The notes under the pieces are model-generated. The model ran no database searches, was not told the origin of the DNA, and worked only from the letters and a program-made list of their open reading frames with translations. A DNA stretch of 61,300 nucleotides, the filler included. It is 7 parts of 7 records of this genome, joined end to end, with 100 filler letters (N's around TTAATTAATTAA, not from the genome) between each part and the next. Parts side by side here need not be neighbours in the genome. Positions count along the whole stretch, not along the records: positions 49,545 to 55,064 come from DRR378314_1625; positions 55,165 to 61,300 come from DRR378314_1654; 5 more parts are not named here. The stretch is one strand, 5' to 3'. How positions within the stretch are numbered: position 1 is the first letter of the stretch; each line of letters starts with the position of its first letter. The position numbers and the translations under genes were made by a program. Shown here piece after piece: positions 51,077 through 61,300 of the stretch.

Positions 51077-53271
51077 TGACCGAACAGGCCTTTGAGAGCG
51101 TCTTTCACTTTTTCACCACTTTCTTCGCCAAGCTTTTCCTTCAGCTTTTCGGACACTTTGTCTTCCGCCTTGGACTTGGCTTCGTCCACTTTTTCGCGAG
51201 CCTTGGCTTTTGCGGCGTTGGCGGCAATGGTTTTCAGAGTGTCGCGGAAGCGGGACCCGTCGAAGGAGCAGAGGCCTGCCGGGTCTTCCGCGAAGTCGCC
51301 ACGGCACTCCACCGGGATCACAACGTCTTCTACGTATTCCGTGACCCGACAGGCTTCGTCGCGGTGTATTTCACCCACGATCCGCAGGCCAATTTCGTAG
51401 TCCAGATCAGAAGCGGCCAGGTCCACCGTGCCGTCGCCTTCCAGTCTCATGCCTGCGAGGGCCGCCACGAGATCCGTGTTATTCAGAGTATTGCCGTCAA
51501 TTTTGAGGGTGCCTTTCATGTCATTGAAGGGGGTGCTGGTGCCCCAATCCGATGTGGAGAGGCTTTCCTGGTTGGCGAGCGCAATGCCCTGGCACGCCAT
51601 GCGCGTGAGGTTCATGCGGGTGAACTCGCCCTCGGCCAGGTTGAAGTTGATGTCGCCTTTGGCGTTGCTGCGCAGTGCGGATATGCGGTTGCCCGACGTG
51701 TTCACGTCCACGGACAGGTTGGCGCCCCCTGCAAGCATGTCCACTTCGGCAAGGTCGGTCAGCAGGGGCAGGGTCTGCACGTTGTTGACCTTGGAGCCGA
51801 TGGTCCACTTCGGATTGTCGGTGCGGGCGTCCAGGGTCACTTTGGCGCCGAAGGAGCCTTCGTAAAGTTTGCCGCTGAAGTCCTGCACTTCCAGCACACC
51901 GTTTCGTGCGGTGATGACCGACTTGATTTCCTTGATGGTGAGGTTGCTGACAATCAGTTCGCCCAACCCGAGATTGATATCCAGCGCTAGAGAGCGGAGT
52001 GTTTCCAGGGGTAGCAAGTCGCCTTCCTCCGCTGGGGCGCCACCACCTTGCGGGGCTTCTTCGGCAGCCGCTTCGGTTTGTTCCTCACTGGCAGGCGGCA
52101 GATAGCGGTCGGCATTGATAGCGTCGCCCTGCAGGTTTAGTCCAATACCGCTGTTGGCGAGGGCGTAACTGGCACTGCCCTGGAAGGTGGTGTCGTCCAG
52201 GCTGATGGTCAGGTCGCTCAGCTCCACGGTGCCGGCAGGGCCGCCAATATTGGTGGAGAAGGCAATGGCCTTCATGACGTCAGGATCTTCCGTTTCGATG
52301 GCTGGTTGGCCCAGGGCGGCCAGCAGCGCTTTCAGGGAGAATTCGTCAATGCTGAGGCTGCCTTCGAGTTTGGGCTTGTCACCGAAGCCGTTTACCGTCA
52401 GGTCGGTGTTCAGTTTCAGGTCGGCCAGGCTGGCGGTGAACCCGTTCAGTGTGGCGGTTTCATTCTCCAGGTTGGCTTCCAGCGAGCCGGCTAATTCCGC
52501 GCGAACGGATTCGCCACCGAAGGGCTCGCCGCTCATATCGAAGATGGCTTCCAGGCCGGATATGCCAAATTCGTTCAACGCTTCGTTGGCGGCCAGACGG
52601 GCGCTGATATCTCCCTCAACTTCAAACTGCGGTTGGTTGGTGGCAAACCGGAAGGATACGTTCAGCGGGAAGCTTGAGCCCAGGGTGATCTCGCTAGCGT
52701 TAACGGTAAAGTCTTCCAGGGTAAATGCCTGTCCCGTGCCTTTGTCTTCGTAGTGGACGCGGGCGTTGCTGATTTCCACACTTTCTACGTTGAAGTTCAA
52801 AGGCTCGCTGCTGCCGCTGTCTTCCGGCTGCTCTTCAGCGGTCTCGGCTGGCGCGGGCTCTTCTTGCTGCGGTTGTTCTTCACCTTCCGGCATGATGCGG
52901 GTCCAGTTACCGGTACCCTTCTCATCCACAGACAGGTTGGCGTCCAGCCCACTCAGCAGAAAGGTATCGACGCGGGGCGACATGGTTACCAGTGACCAGA
53001 AGCTGACCTGCGCCACCAGTTGATCCAGTTTGACCAGGCGTTCGTCTTCGAGGGTGGCCTCAACGTCATTCAGTTCCAGGCCCAGTGGGATGAACGACCA
53101 GCCAATATCCCCAGCCAGAATCAGGTCGAGGTTTGTTTTATCCTCCACCACTTTTTCAATCTGTGGTTTGTAGGTGTTCGGGTCAATAACCGCTACCGCG
53201 ATAGCGACGGCGGCAACTGCAAGAATGAGTAGGCCAACAATGGCAAGAGCCACATAGCGAACAGCTTTCAT
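51073..53271 (-). CDS. asmA: AsmA family protein
   Basis: N-terminal anchor followed by [20 protein letters not shown], beta-rich body; typical asmA-mutY-yggX order. Confidence 0.88.
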   Translation of the reverse strand: MKAVRYVALAIVGLLILAVAAVAIAVAVIDPNTYKPQIEKVVEDKTNLDLILAGDIGWSFIPLGLELNDVEATLEDERLVKLDQLVAQVSFWSLVTMSPRVDTFLLSGLDANLSVDEKGTGNWTRIMPEGEEQPQQEEPAPAETAEEQPEDSGSSEPLNFNVESVEISNARVHYEDKGTGQAFTLEDFTVNASEITLGSSFPLNVSFRFATNQPQFEVEGDISARLAANEALNEFGISGLEAIFDMSGEPFGGESVRAELAGSLEANLENETATLNGFTASLADLKLNTDLTVNGFGDKPKLEGSLSIDEFSLKALLAALGQPAIETEDPDVMKAIAFSTNIGGPAGTVELSDLTISLDDTTFQGSASYALANSGIGLNLQGDAINADRYLPPASEEQTEAAAEEAPQGGGAPAEEGDLLPLETLRSLALDINLGLGELIVSNLTIKEIKSVITARNGVLEVQDFSGKLYEGSFGAKVTLDARTDNPKWTIGSKVNNVQTLPLLTDLAEVDMLAGGANLSVDVNTSGNRISALRSNAKGDINFNLAEGEFTRMNLTRMACQGIALANQESLSTSDWGTSTPFNDMKGTLKIDGNTLNNTDLVAALAGMRLEGDGTVDLAASDLDYEIGLRIVGEIHRDEACRVTEYVEDVVIPVECRGDFAEDPAGLCSFDGSRFRDTLKTIAANAAKAKAREKVDEAKSKAEDKVSEKLKEKLGEESGEKVKDALKGLFGQ

Positions 53272-53456
53272 GATTCTGGCGTCCTTCCGTTAATTCGTGT
53301 CCGGTAACTGGGCTTGCGATTAGCCCAAGGATAACCCAGGGGTAACAAAATAAAAGCCTGAGTGTATGACAATACGTTAGTGATCAGCCAAAATAGGCAC
53401 CTTATTTATTCACAACGATATAAAGCACGTCTTACAACGATAAAAAGGAGCAAACA

Positions 53457-53918
53457 GTGGCTATTACTGTCTCGATTGAGCTTAACCGGGAACTGGATCT
53501 GCCCGCCGGATATGACGAAGTATTCGAGCTGCTGGCAGACGTGCCCGCATCCGCAAGCCATTTTCCCAAGGTCCATAACCTGGTGGACCTGGGTGACAAT
53601 GCCTATCGCTGGGAAATGGAAAAGGTGGGCGTGGACAAGCATGCCATCCAGTCTGTTTACGCGTGCAAGTACTTCGCCGACAAGGACAACGGCAAGATTA
53701 CCTGGGAGCCGGTGAAAGGCGAGGGTAACGGCGTGGTAAAAGGTTCCTGGACTCTCAAGAAGAAAGGCGACAGCACGACCTCCGTGAAATTTCAGACCAA
53801 CGCCGAGTTGACCGTGCCGCTGCCGAGCCTGTTGAAACTGGCGATCAGCCCGGTGATCAAGCACGAGTTCAACAGCCTTGTCGACACCTACATGAGTAAC
53901 CTCAAGAAAGCGTTCTGA
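53457..53918 (+). CDS. SRPBCC/START-like (CoxG-like) lipid-binding protein
   Basis: VFELLADVP..ASHFP, GNGVVKGSW; AGGAG RBS and GTG start. Confidence 0.8.
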   Translation: MAITVSIELNRELDLPAGYDEVFELLADVPASASHFPKVHNLVDLGDNAYRWEMEKVGVDKHAIQSVYACKYFADKDNGKITWEPVKGEGNGVVKGSWTLKKKGDSTTSVKFQTNAELTVPLPSLLKLAISPVIKHEFNSLVDTYMSNLKKAF

Positions 53919-54031
53919 TGGTCGCCGCTATCAAGGCTATAAAGGCCATTGCGGGACGCGGGGAATCATAAAAGGTATAATGCGCGCAGACACTTTTCCG
54001 GCATGTGCCGATTGATGACTTTGGAGTCCCC

Positions 54032-54625
54032 ATGGCCGAACGCAAGGCTCGGGTAGAAAGAAATACCCTGGAAACACAGATCACTGTCGAGATCGATCTC
54101 GATGGCACCGGTACGTCCAGCTTCGACACGGGCGTGCCTTTCCTTGAGCACATGATGGATCAGATTGCCCGTCACGGGCTGGTGGATCTGAATATTGTCT
54201 CCAAGGGCGATTTGCACATCGACGACCACCACACCGTGGAAGACATCGGCATCACCCTGGGCCAGGCCTTCAAGCAGGCGGTGGGTGACAAAAAGGGCAT
54301 TCGCCGTTACGGCCACGCCTACGTACCGCTGGACGAAGCACTGTCTCGTGTGGTGATTGATCTCTCCGGGCGCCCAGGCCTGTTGATGGATGTGCCATAC
54401 ACCCGTGGCGCCGTCGGTGGTTTTGACGTGGACCTGTTTGCGGAGTTCTTCCAGGGCTTTGTGAACCACTCCATGGTGACCCTGCACATCGACAACCTGA
54501 AGGGCAAGAACACCCATCACCAGATTGAAACCGTGTTCAAGGCCTTCGGCCGCGCCCTGCGCATGGCCATTGAAATGGACGAGCGTATGGCGGGCATTAC
54601 CCCGTCCACCAAGGGGTCGCTGTAA
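54032..54625 (+). CDS. hisB: Imidazoleglycerol-phosphate dehydratase
   Basis: [24 protein letters not shown]. Confidence 0.97.
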   Translation: MAERKARVERNTLETQITVEIDLDGTGTSSFDTGVPFLEHMMDQIARHGLVDLNIVSKGDLHIDDHHTVEDIGITLGQAFKQAVGDKKGIRRYGHAYVPLDEALSRVVIDLSGRPGLLMDVPYTRGAVGGFDVDLFAEFFQGFVNHSMVTLHIDNLKGKNTHHQIETVFKAFGRALRMAIEMDERMAGITPSTKGSL

Positions 54626-54675
54626 GCGGCCCTGGGCTTGACTAAAGAACCACGATCCAGGAAGTCTCTCTTCGC

Positions 54676-55064
54676 ATGAAAACCGTTGCCATTATCGACT
54701 ACGGCATGGGTAACCTTCATTCCGTCAGCAAAGCGGTTGAGCACGTTGCACCAGACACTCGCGTTCTGGTCACCGACAACGCCGACCAGATCCGCAGCGC
54801 GGATAAGGTAATTCTGCCGGGCGTAGGCGCCATCCGTGACTGCATGGCCGAAATTCGCCGCTTGGGTATTGATAATCTGGTGCGCGAAGTGTCCGCCGAC
54901 CGGCCCCTGTTAGGCATCTGCGTTGGCATGCAGGCCCTGATGTCCCGCAGCGAGGAAAACGGCTGGGTGGACTGCATCGATCTGTTTCCCTCGGAAGTTC
55001 GTTTTTTCGGCGACAACCTCACCGAGGGTGGTGAGCGCCTGAAAGTGCCCCATATGGGCTGGAA
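54676..55064 (+). CDS. hisH: IGP synthase glutaminase subunit (3'-truncated)
   Basis: [29 protein letters not shown]. Confidence 0.96.
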
Positions 55065-55164
55065 NNNNNNNNNNNNNNNNNNNNNNNNNNNNNNNNNNNN
55101 NNNNNNNNTTAATTAATTAANNNNNNNNNNNNNNNNNNNNNNNNNNNNNNNNNNNNNNNNNNNN
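55065..55164. other. Artificial contig linker
   Basis: 44 N + TTAATTAATTAA + 44 N. Confidence 0.99.
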
Positions 55165-55165
55165 G

Positions 55166-55576
55166 AGCGCTCAAGGACTGCAGTTCACTAAAGCATGGTA
55201 TTACGACTTAAATGATGAAACGCGTGCCTGGGCAGAGCGTTTCCGTGAGCGCACCGGCAGCATGCCGACCATGGTGCATGCAGGGCTCTATTCCAGCACC
55301 CGCCACTATTTAGAAGCCATAGAGGCAGCGGGAACAGACGACACGCAAACCGTTCGTCAGCAGATGGCCGATACCCCCATTAACGATATTTTTGCAACGA
55401 ACGGCTACATTCGTGAGGACGGCCGTATGGTGCATGACATGTATCTCGTTGAAGTGAAAACACCGGAAGAGTCAGCTGATGAGGATGACCTCTTCAGAGT
55501 TGTGCGCACTATTCCCGCCGAGGAAGCATTCCGGCCACTTTCTGAAAGCGTTTGCCCACTCGTCAACAATTCGTAA
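55166..55576 (+). CDS. ABC transporter substrate-binding protein (branched-chain/organic-acid type), C-terminal fragment
   Basis: PTMVHAGLYS, IREDGRMVHDMYL.EVK.P.ES, AFRPLSES.CPL. Confidence 0.88.
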   Translation, partial: SAQGLQFTKAWYYDLNDETRAWAERFRERTGSMPTMVHAGLYSSTRHYLEAIEAAGTDDTQTVRQQMADTPINDIFATNGYIREDGRMVHDMYLVEVKTPEESADEDDLFRVVRTIPAEEAFRPLSESVCPLVNNS

Positions 55577-55617
55577 AACGCTGAAGCCCTAACAACACAT
55601 AACAATAAGGACTTGGC

Positions 55618-57174
55618 ATGGAACAGACACCCTTAATTCACCGTAATACGATTGGCGCTGCGCTAAACCGCAGCGCTCGCAAATATTCTCACCAGCTTGC
55701 GTTAACGTTTGGTGAACGAACCTGGAGCTATCAATCGCTTAACAATGCCGCTAACAGCGTAGCTAGTGGCTTGTTAGCGGCCGGTCTTTCTCCTGGGGAT
55801 CGGTTGGCGGTATACGGTAAAAACTCAGATGCCTATGTCATTGCCTGGCTTGCTGCCACTAAAGCGGGCTTAGTACATGTGCCTATTAACTTTGCGCTAA
55901 GTAGTGATGAGCTGCGCTATATCCTTGAGCAGTCCGGGGCGAAAGGAGTGCTAAGCGATAGTTCGCTAGCTGACAAAGTGCAGCAGGCAACCCAAGGGTT
56001 AGCATTAACGGTCAATGGAACACTGCATACTGATCAACAAGATAGCCAGTTAGGTCGTTTTGATGTCTTGGCTTATGTGCATTCCTCGCCATCAACAAGG
56101 GAGCCAGCGGTCGCCGTGGAGGGAAGCAGTCTGGCACAACTGCTCTATACCTCTGGCACAACGGCAGCGCCTAAAGCGGCAATGATGACCCACCAAGCGC
56201 TGATGGCGGAATATATGGCCTGCATGGTGGAGTTGGATATCAAGGGAAGTGACGCCATGTTGGCCGCTCTTCCGCTTTACCACTCCGCACAAATGCATGT
56301 TTTTTTGATGCCGGCTTTACTACTGGGCGCCCCCATTCATTTGCTTGAAGCACCGCTTCCGGATAGCTGTCTGGCGACGATTACCAAACAAAAAATCGTA
56401 TCGTTCTTTGCGCCGCCCACGGTGTGGATCAGCTTGCTACGTCATCCTGACGTTGATCAGTTCGATTTAACCACACTCAAGAAAGCGTACTATGGCGCCT
56501 CGATCATGCCGGTGCCTGTGTTGGAAGAGATGCAGCAGCGTTTCTCCGATGTTGGTTTATATAACTGTTATGGGCAGAGTGAAATTGCCCCCTTGGCAAC
56601 GGTATTACGCCCAGAAGAGCATGCTGAGCGTCCTGCGTCGGCGGGGCGACCGATACTTACGGTGGAAACACGCATTGTTGATTTGGAAATGAACGATGTT
56701 CCCTCGGGTGAGCATGGCGAGATTGTCCATCGTTCGCCGCAGTTAATGACGGGCTACTGGGATAAGCCGGAGATGACCGCTGAGTCTTTCCAAGGCGGCT
56801 GGTTTCACTCTGGTGATGTGGGCTACTTCGATGAAGCAGGCTACTTATATGTCGTGGACCGGATTAAAGACGTTATCAATACGGGGGGCGTGCTGGTTGC
56901 CAGCCGTGAGGTGGAAGAGGCGCTGTTTAAGCACTCGGCTGTTTCGGAAGTAGCGGTGGTGGGGCTACCTGACGAAAAGTGGATTGAAGCGATTACCGCC
57001 GTCGTTGTGGTGAAAGAGGGGCAAGTGGTTAGCGAGGATGAACTCATCCTTCATACAAAAAGCTTGATTGCACCCTACAAAGTTCCTAAGCGTGTGGTGT
57101 TTGCAGAGGCTCTACCAAAAAGCACCGCAGGTAAAATTCTTAAACGTCACCTGCGCCAAGACCTAAAGGAGTGA
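55618..57174 (+). CDS. Acyl-CoA synthetase (AMP-binding)
   Basis: YTSGTTAAPK, YGQSE, HSGD, PKSTAGKILK. Confidence 0.93.
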   Translation: MEQTPLIHRNTIGAALNRSARKYSHQLALTFGERTWSYQSLNNAANSVASGLLAAGLSPGDRLAVYGKNSDAYVIAWLAATKAGLVHVPINFALSSDELRYILEQSGAKGVLSDSSLADKVQQATQGLALTVNGTLHTDQQDSQLGRFDVLAYVHSSPSTREPAVAVEGSSLAQLLYTSGTTAAPKAAMMTHQALMAEYMACMVELDIKGSDAMLAALPLYHSAQMHVFLMPALLLGAPIHLLEAPLPDSCLATITKQKIVSFFAPPTVWISLLRHPDVDQFDLTTLKKAYYGASIMPVPVLEEMQQRFSDVGLYNCYGQSEIAPLATVLRPEEHAERPASAGRPILTVETRIVDLEMNDVPSGEHGEIVHRSPQLMTGYWDKPEMTAESFQGGWFHSGDVGYFDEAGYLYVVDRIKDVINTGGVLVASREVEEALFKHSAVSEVAVVGLPDEKWIEAITAVVVVKEGQVVSEDELILHTKSLIAPYKVPKRVVFAEALPKSTAGKILKRHLRQDLKE

Positions 57175-57176
57175 GC

Positions 57177-58319
57177 ATGGACGAGCAAACACAAGCGCTG
57201 TTTCATGACATGATCAGCCGCTGCTTAGCGCAGGAAGTAGCGCCTTTCTATGACCAGTGGGAAGCGGACGGTGAAATACCGCGCTCTTTATGGCTAGCGC
57301 TGGGTGCCGCTGGTCTATTGGGGATTGATCTTGACGAGACTTATGGTGGCTCAGGTGCCGATATTGCCATTACCCAACGGGCACTAGAGGAGATGTCTCG
57401 GCAAGGGTTTGGTGGGCTAGCCAGCGCTTACAACATTCACGCTAATATCGTGATGCCTTACCTGCAAAATTTAGCCACTGATGAACAGCGCGAAACCTGG
57501 CTTCCCCGCATGGCAAGCGGGGAGTGGTTGGGGGCGATTGCCATGAGCGAGCCGCATGCTGGCAGCGACCTGGCGGCGATGAAAACCCGCGCCACCAAAA
57601 CAGCCGATGGGTGGCTGCTTAACGGCAGCAAGCTGTTTATTACCAATGGCCAAGTGGCCGATCTCGTTATTGTCTGTGCAAAAACAGACCCCAGTGCAGG
57701 TGCAAAAGGGGTCTCGCTGTTTTTGGTCGATACGTCACTTCCCGGTTTTTCCCGTGGCAAGCCTATTAAGAAAATTGGCCAGCACGCCAGCGATACGGCA
57801 GAACTAGCATTTGACCAACTGCAACTGCCTAACAGTGCCTTATTAGGTGAAGAGGGCGCTGGGTTTCGCTATCTGATGCAAGAGCTGCCCCGGGAGCGCT
57901 TAGGCGTAGGCGCGCAAGCGCTTGGCGCGGTAGAGGGTGCGTTGGCATTAACGCTTGATTACGTTACCCAGCGTCACGCATTTGGTCAGCGCGTGGCCGA
58001 CTTTCAAAATACCCGCTTTACGCTGGCTGAGATCAAGGCACAGCTGGATGTCGCGCGTGCCTACTTCGATCAGTGCGTTAATAAGTACCGCCACGGCACG
58101 ATGACAAGTACCGAGGCCGCGATACTCAAATTACAGCTTAGCGAGCTGCAGTGTCGTGCTGTTGATCGGTGCCTTCAGCTGTTTGGTGGTTATGGTTACA
58201 CCCATGAATATCCCATTTCACGCTTCTATTTAGACGCACGTGTGCAAACTATTTACGCCGGTAGTTCTGAGATTATGAAAGAAGTGGTCGCACGCTCGCT
58301 GTTGGGCAAAGTGGCTTAA
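57177..58319 (+). CDS. Acyl-CoA dehydrogenase
   Basis: AMSEPHAGSD, NGSKLFITNG, QLFGGYGY, IYAGSSEIMK. Confidence 0.94.
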   Translation: MDEQTQALFHDMISRCLAQEVAPFYDQWEADGEIPRSLWLALGAAGLLGIDLDETYGGSGADIAITQRALEEMSRQGFGGLASAYNIHANIVMPYLQNLATDEQRETWLPRMASGEWLGAIAMSEPHAGSDLAAMKTRATKTADGWLLNGSKLFITNGQVADLVIVCAKTDPSAGAKGVSLFLVDTSLPGFSRGKPIKKIGQHASDTAELAFDQLQLPNSALLGEEGAGFRYLMQELPRERLGVGAQALGAVEGALALTLDYVTQRHAFGQRVADFQNTRFTLAEIKAQLDVARAYFDQCVNKYRHGTMTSTEAAILKLQLSELQCRAVDRCLQLFGGYGYTHEYPISRFYLDARVQTIYAGSSEIMKEVVARSLLGKVA

Positions 58320-58366
58320 GCGCTTTTCTTAAGTACTTTTCTTAAGCGCTTTTCTTAAGTCCTTTT
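58315..58366 (+). repeat. 13-bp tandem repeat, 4 copies (CTTAAG-NNC-TTTT)
   Basis: CTTAAGCGCTTTT CTTAAGTACTTTT CTTAAGCGCTTTT CTTAAGTCCTTTT; begins at the acyl-CoA dehydrogenase stop codon. Confidence 0.92.
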
Positions 58367-58395
58367 CCGCTGTGCGTCATTACTAAGGAGAGATT

Positions 58396-59583
58396 ATGCA
58401 ACTGGATAGCGTTGTTATTGTAAGCGGTGCTCGTACCGCTATTGGCGGGTTTGGTGGGTCGCTCTCATCTTTCGCGCCCCATGAGTTAGGCACTATCACT
58501 GCTCAGGAAGCATTGCGCCGTGCGGGCATTGCTGGCGCTGATATCGACCACTCTGTGTATGGCCATATTATTACCACTAGCCCAGAAGATGCCTATCTTG
58601 CCCGTCATATCGCGTTAAGTGCGGGTGTGCCAAAAGAAGCCGGTGCCTTTAATGTTAACCGGTTATGTGGTTCCGGCGTGCAGGCAGTGATATCCGCTGC
58701 GCAGCAAATCGCTCTGGGCGACAGCCGCTTAGCCTTGGCAGGTGGGGCTGAGTCGATGTCGCGAGGTGCTTATCTACTGCCGCCCCAAGCACGCAATGGC
58801 ATACGCCTAGGCGATGCCAATATCCAGGATCTTACCCTCGGTATTCTTAGTGACCCATTTGGCAGCGGACATATGGGCATGACCGCTGAAAATATCGCCA
58901 AGCAGTATGGCTTAAGCCGCGAGCAGCTAGATCAGTTTGCGGTGGATAGCCATCGTAAAGCGGCAAAAGCCATTGCAGAAGGGTATTTTGACGCGCAAAT
59001 CGTGCCTGTTGAGGTGACAAAAGGAAAACAGACGGTTTCCTTTGCCCGTGATGAGCATGTGCGAGAAGGCGTTGAGTTAAGCGATTTAGCACGGCTTAAA
59101 CCGGCCTTTAAAAAAGAGGGAGTGGTTACGGCAGGCAATGCCTCTGGGATCAACGATGGCGCAGCGACCTTGGTGCTGGCGCATGCTGATGAAGCACAGC
59201 AGCGCAATTTAACGGTTAGGGCGCGACTGCGCGTGGCAACCACCGCCGGTGTGGAGCCTTCGGTAATGGGGTTAGGGCCAATCCCTGCGGTGAAACGCTG
59301 CCTCCAGCAGGCAGGGCTGACGATCAATGACATTGATGTGATTGAGTCCAATGAAGCCTTTGCGGCACAAGCAATGGCGGTTGCCGATACGCTGGGTTTC
59401 CCAGTGGAAAAACTCAACCCGAATGGTGGTGCGGTGGCGCTCGGTCATCCAGTAGGCGCGACCGGTGCCATCTTGATCCTAAAAGCCTTACACGAATTGG
59501 AGCGACGTCAGGGCCGCTATGGTTTGATCACGCTGTGTATCGGCGGTGGGCAGGGCATTGCGCTGTTAATAGAGCGCGAATAA
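58396..59583 (+). CDS. Acetyl-CoA C-acyltransferase (BktB-like thiolase)
   Basis: NRLCGSG, NEAFA, GHPVGATG, LCIGGGQG. Confidence 0.94.
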   Translation: MQLDSVVIVSGARTAIGGFGGSLSSFAPHELGTITAQEALRRAGIAGADIDHSVYGHIITTSPEDAYLARHIALSAGVPKEAGAFNVNRLCGSGVQAVISAAQQIALGDSRLALAGGAESMSRGAYLLPPQARNGIRLGDANIQDLTLGILSDPFGSGHMGMTAENIAKQYGLSREQLDQFAVDSHRKAAKAIAEGYFDAQIVPVEVTKGKQTVSFARDEHVREGVELSDLARLKPAFKKEGVVTAGNASGINDGAATLVLAHADEAQQRNLTVRARLRVATTAGVEPSVMGLGPIPAVKRCLQQAGLTINDIDVIESNEAFAAQAMAVADTLGFPVEKLNPNGGAVALGHPVGATGAILILKALHELERRQGRYGLITLCIGGGQGIALLIERE

Positions 59584-59620
59584 CAAACGGTTTTCCAATA
59601 ACAATCGACAGGTGTGTTTT

Positions 59621-61288
59621 ATGTCTACGATAACGCCAAAAATACTTCCTTCTACGCCCTCTGCGACTAGCTTGCCGCTGTTAATTAGCGACTTGCTGGA
59701 GTCAGGTGTTCGAATGGCGGGGAACAACCAGATTGTTTATCGAGACCAGAGCCGTCATGACTATCAACGTTTTCGTGAGCGGGTACACCAGCTTGCCCAT
59801 ACGCTAACAGCACAGGGCGTCCAGGCGGGGGATGTGGTGGCGGTGTTAGACTGGGATAGCCATCGCTATTTAGAGTGCTTTTTTGCCATTCCCATGATTG
59901 GTGCCGTGCTACACACCGTCAATGTACGTTTGGCGCCTGAGCAAATTCACTACACGATGGAGCACGCTGAAGACGTCTTTGTGCTGGTACATGAGGATTT
60001 CGTACCGCTACTGGAGCCGCTGGCTGATCAACTACCTAATATACGCGGTTACCTACTTTGCCAAGAAGCGGCGAGTCAAGAAACACAAAGCACCGTCAGC
60101 ACGTCGCTGCCATTAGTGGGTGAGTTTGAGGCGTTGTTAAGTGAGCAGCCAACTCATTACGAGTTCCCTATTTTTGATGAAAATGCAGTGGCTACGCTGT
60201 TCTACACCACGGGCACCACCGGCAATCCGAAAGGGGTGTTTTTTACCCATCGCCAATTAGTCCTACACACACTAGGCGAAGCCAGTACCTTCCAAGCACC
60301 GGGTTTTGAGCTGCTCAACCGTGACAAGGTCTACATGCCCATCACGCCGATGTTCCATGTGCATGCCTGGGGCGTGCCTTACACCGCCACGTTGATGGGA
60401 GCGACCCAGGTGTACCCTGGCCGCTATGAGCCGGAAATGTTGGTCAAACTGTTGGTGAGCGAAAAGGTCGATTTCTCCCACTGCGTGCCAACGCTGTTAA
60501 ATATGGTGGTGAGCGCTGACGCTATCGCATCGAAAAAAATTGATTTAACCGGTTGGAAGGTGCTTGTGGGCGGCAGTGCGCTAACCCAAGCCCTGGCTAG
60601 CCGTGCTTGGTCACTCGGCATTGATACACGTAGTGCCTACGGCATGTCAGAAACCTGCCCGCTGCTAACCGCTGATATTTTACCTCAGGATGTTGCCGAG
60701 GCTGATTTTGAAACGCAGCTTCCCTGGCGGTGTAAAGCTGGTTTACCCGTGCCCCTAGTGAAATTGCAGGTGGTTGATGCCAATGGAGAGCCGTTACCCC
60801 ATGATGGCGTCAGTGTTGGTGAAGTGCGTGCCCAGGCACCCTGGTTAACCCAGGCGTACTACAAAGAAGAGAAACGCAGTGAAGAGCTTTGGCGGGATGG
60901 ATGGCTGCATACCGGTGATGTTGGCTCGATTGATGAGCATGGTTTCTTGGCCATTAGCGACCGTATTAAAGATGTCATCAAAACCGGTGGAGAGTGGCTC
61001 TCTTCACTTGAGCTGGAAAGCTATATCAGCCAATGTCCAGGTGTCGCTGAGGTGGCGGTCATTGGCGTTACGGATGATAAATGGGGTGAGCGTCCAGCAG
61101 CGCTGGTTGTTCCCAGCGACGTCAATAACCCGCCCACGGCAGAAGAGGTACAGGCGTTTATGGAGCAGTTCGTCGAACAGGGCAGCATTAATCGCTGGGG
61201 TATTCCATCGCTGATTCGTTTCGTAGATGAAATTCCTAAAACCAGTGTGGGTAAGCTGGATAAAAAGCGCATTCGCACTGAGATATAA
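59621..61288 (+). CDS. Medium-chain fatty acid--CoA ligase (AlkK/DmdB-like subfamily)
   Basis: YTTGTTGNPKG, PMFHVHAWG, YGMSET, HTGD, PKTSVGKLDK. Confidence 0.92.
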   Translation: MSTITPKILPSTPSATSLPLLISDLLESGVRMAGNNQIVYRDQSRHDYQRFRERVHQLAHTLTAQGVQAGDVVAVLDWDSHRYLECFFAIPMIGAVLHTVNVRLAPEQIHYTMEHAEDVFVLVHEDFVPLLEPLADQLPNIRGYLLCQEAASQETQSTVSTSLPLVGEFEALLSEQPTHYEFPIFDENAVATLFYTTGTTGNPKGVFFTHRQLVLHTLGEASTFQAPGFELLNRDKVYMPITPMFHVHAWGVPYTATLMGATQVYPGRYEPEMLVKLLVSEKVDFSHCVPTLLNMVVSADAIASKKIDLTGWKVLVGGSALTQALASRAWSLGIDTRSAYGMSETCPLLTADILPQDVAEADFETQLPWRCKAGLPVPLVKLQVVDANGEPLPHDGVSVGEVRAQAPWLTQAYYKEEKRSEELWRDGWLHTGDVGSIDEHGFLAISDRIKDVIKTGGEWLSSLELESYISQCPGVAEVAVIGVTDDKWGERPAALVVPSDVNNPPTAEEVQAFMEQFVEQGSINRWGIPSLIRFVDEIPKTSVGKLDKKRIRTEI

Positions 61289-61300
61289 ACGCTAGCGTTT

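Noticed and set aside
58315..58366. 13-bp repeat as a mini-CRISPR
   Set aside because: No unique spacers, unit too short, no cas genes.

Overview
This window is not one genomic locus. It is seven unrelated contigs joined by six identical 100-bp artificial linkers (44 N + TTAATTAATTAA + 44 N), so no adjacency across a linker is biological. Taxonomic labels are inferred from gene content, GC and protein style. (1) 1-11631, Rhodobacteraceae-like: glmS end, AlkD-like repair gene, lipoprotein with an RlpA/DPBB-like C-terminus, moaA, waaA, an LPS glycosyltransferase, a tandem pair of small secreted 4-Cys paralogs with ECF-type promoters and a structured leader, three M20 peptidases and an ABC ATPase end. 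(2) 11732-21423, high-GC Alcanivorax-like: NtrC/sigma54-controlled glnK-amtB, then PPK2, Na/Pi transporter, SCP2, yoaA, tsaB, thioesterase, uppP and rsmJ, ending in a heptamer repeat. (3) 21524-29660, eukaryotic: a spliced SDR and a 1720-aa beta-helix/Cys-rich/multi-TM protein. (4) 29761-41026, Hyphomonadaceae-like: metK end, S8 protease lipoprotein, an uncharacterised nucleotidyltransferase-like gene, AGE epimerase, rfbCBDA, glmS and cysD start. (5) 41127-49444, eukaryotic: a hand-reconstructed 4-exon DOT1-like SAM methyltransferase and a propeller/Cys-rich/TM protein. (6) 49545-55064, Marinobacter-like: half of tRNA-Phe, yggX, mutY, asmA, SRPBCC, hisB and hisH. (7) 55165-61300, Halomonas-like acyl-CoA catabolic cluster. 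Best novelty candidates are the DUF4189-like tandem pair with its RBS-occluding leader RNA, the nucleotidyltransferase-like gene upstream of the S8 protease/lipoprotein pair, and the eukaryotic membrane receptor-like proteins. All family calls are by eye from motifs; no searches were run.
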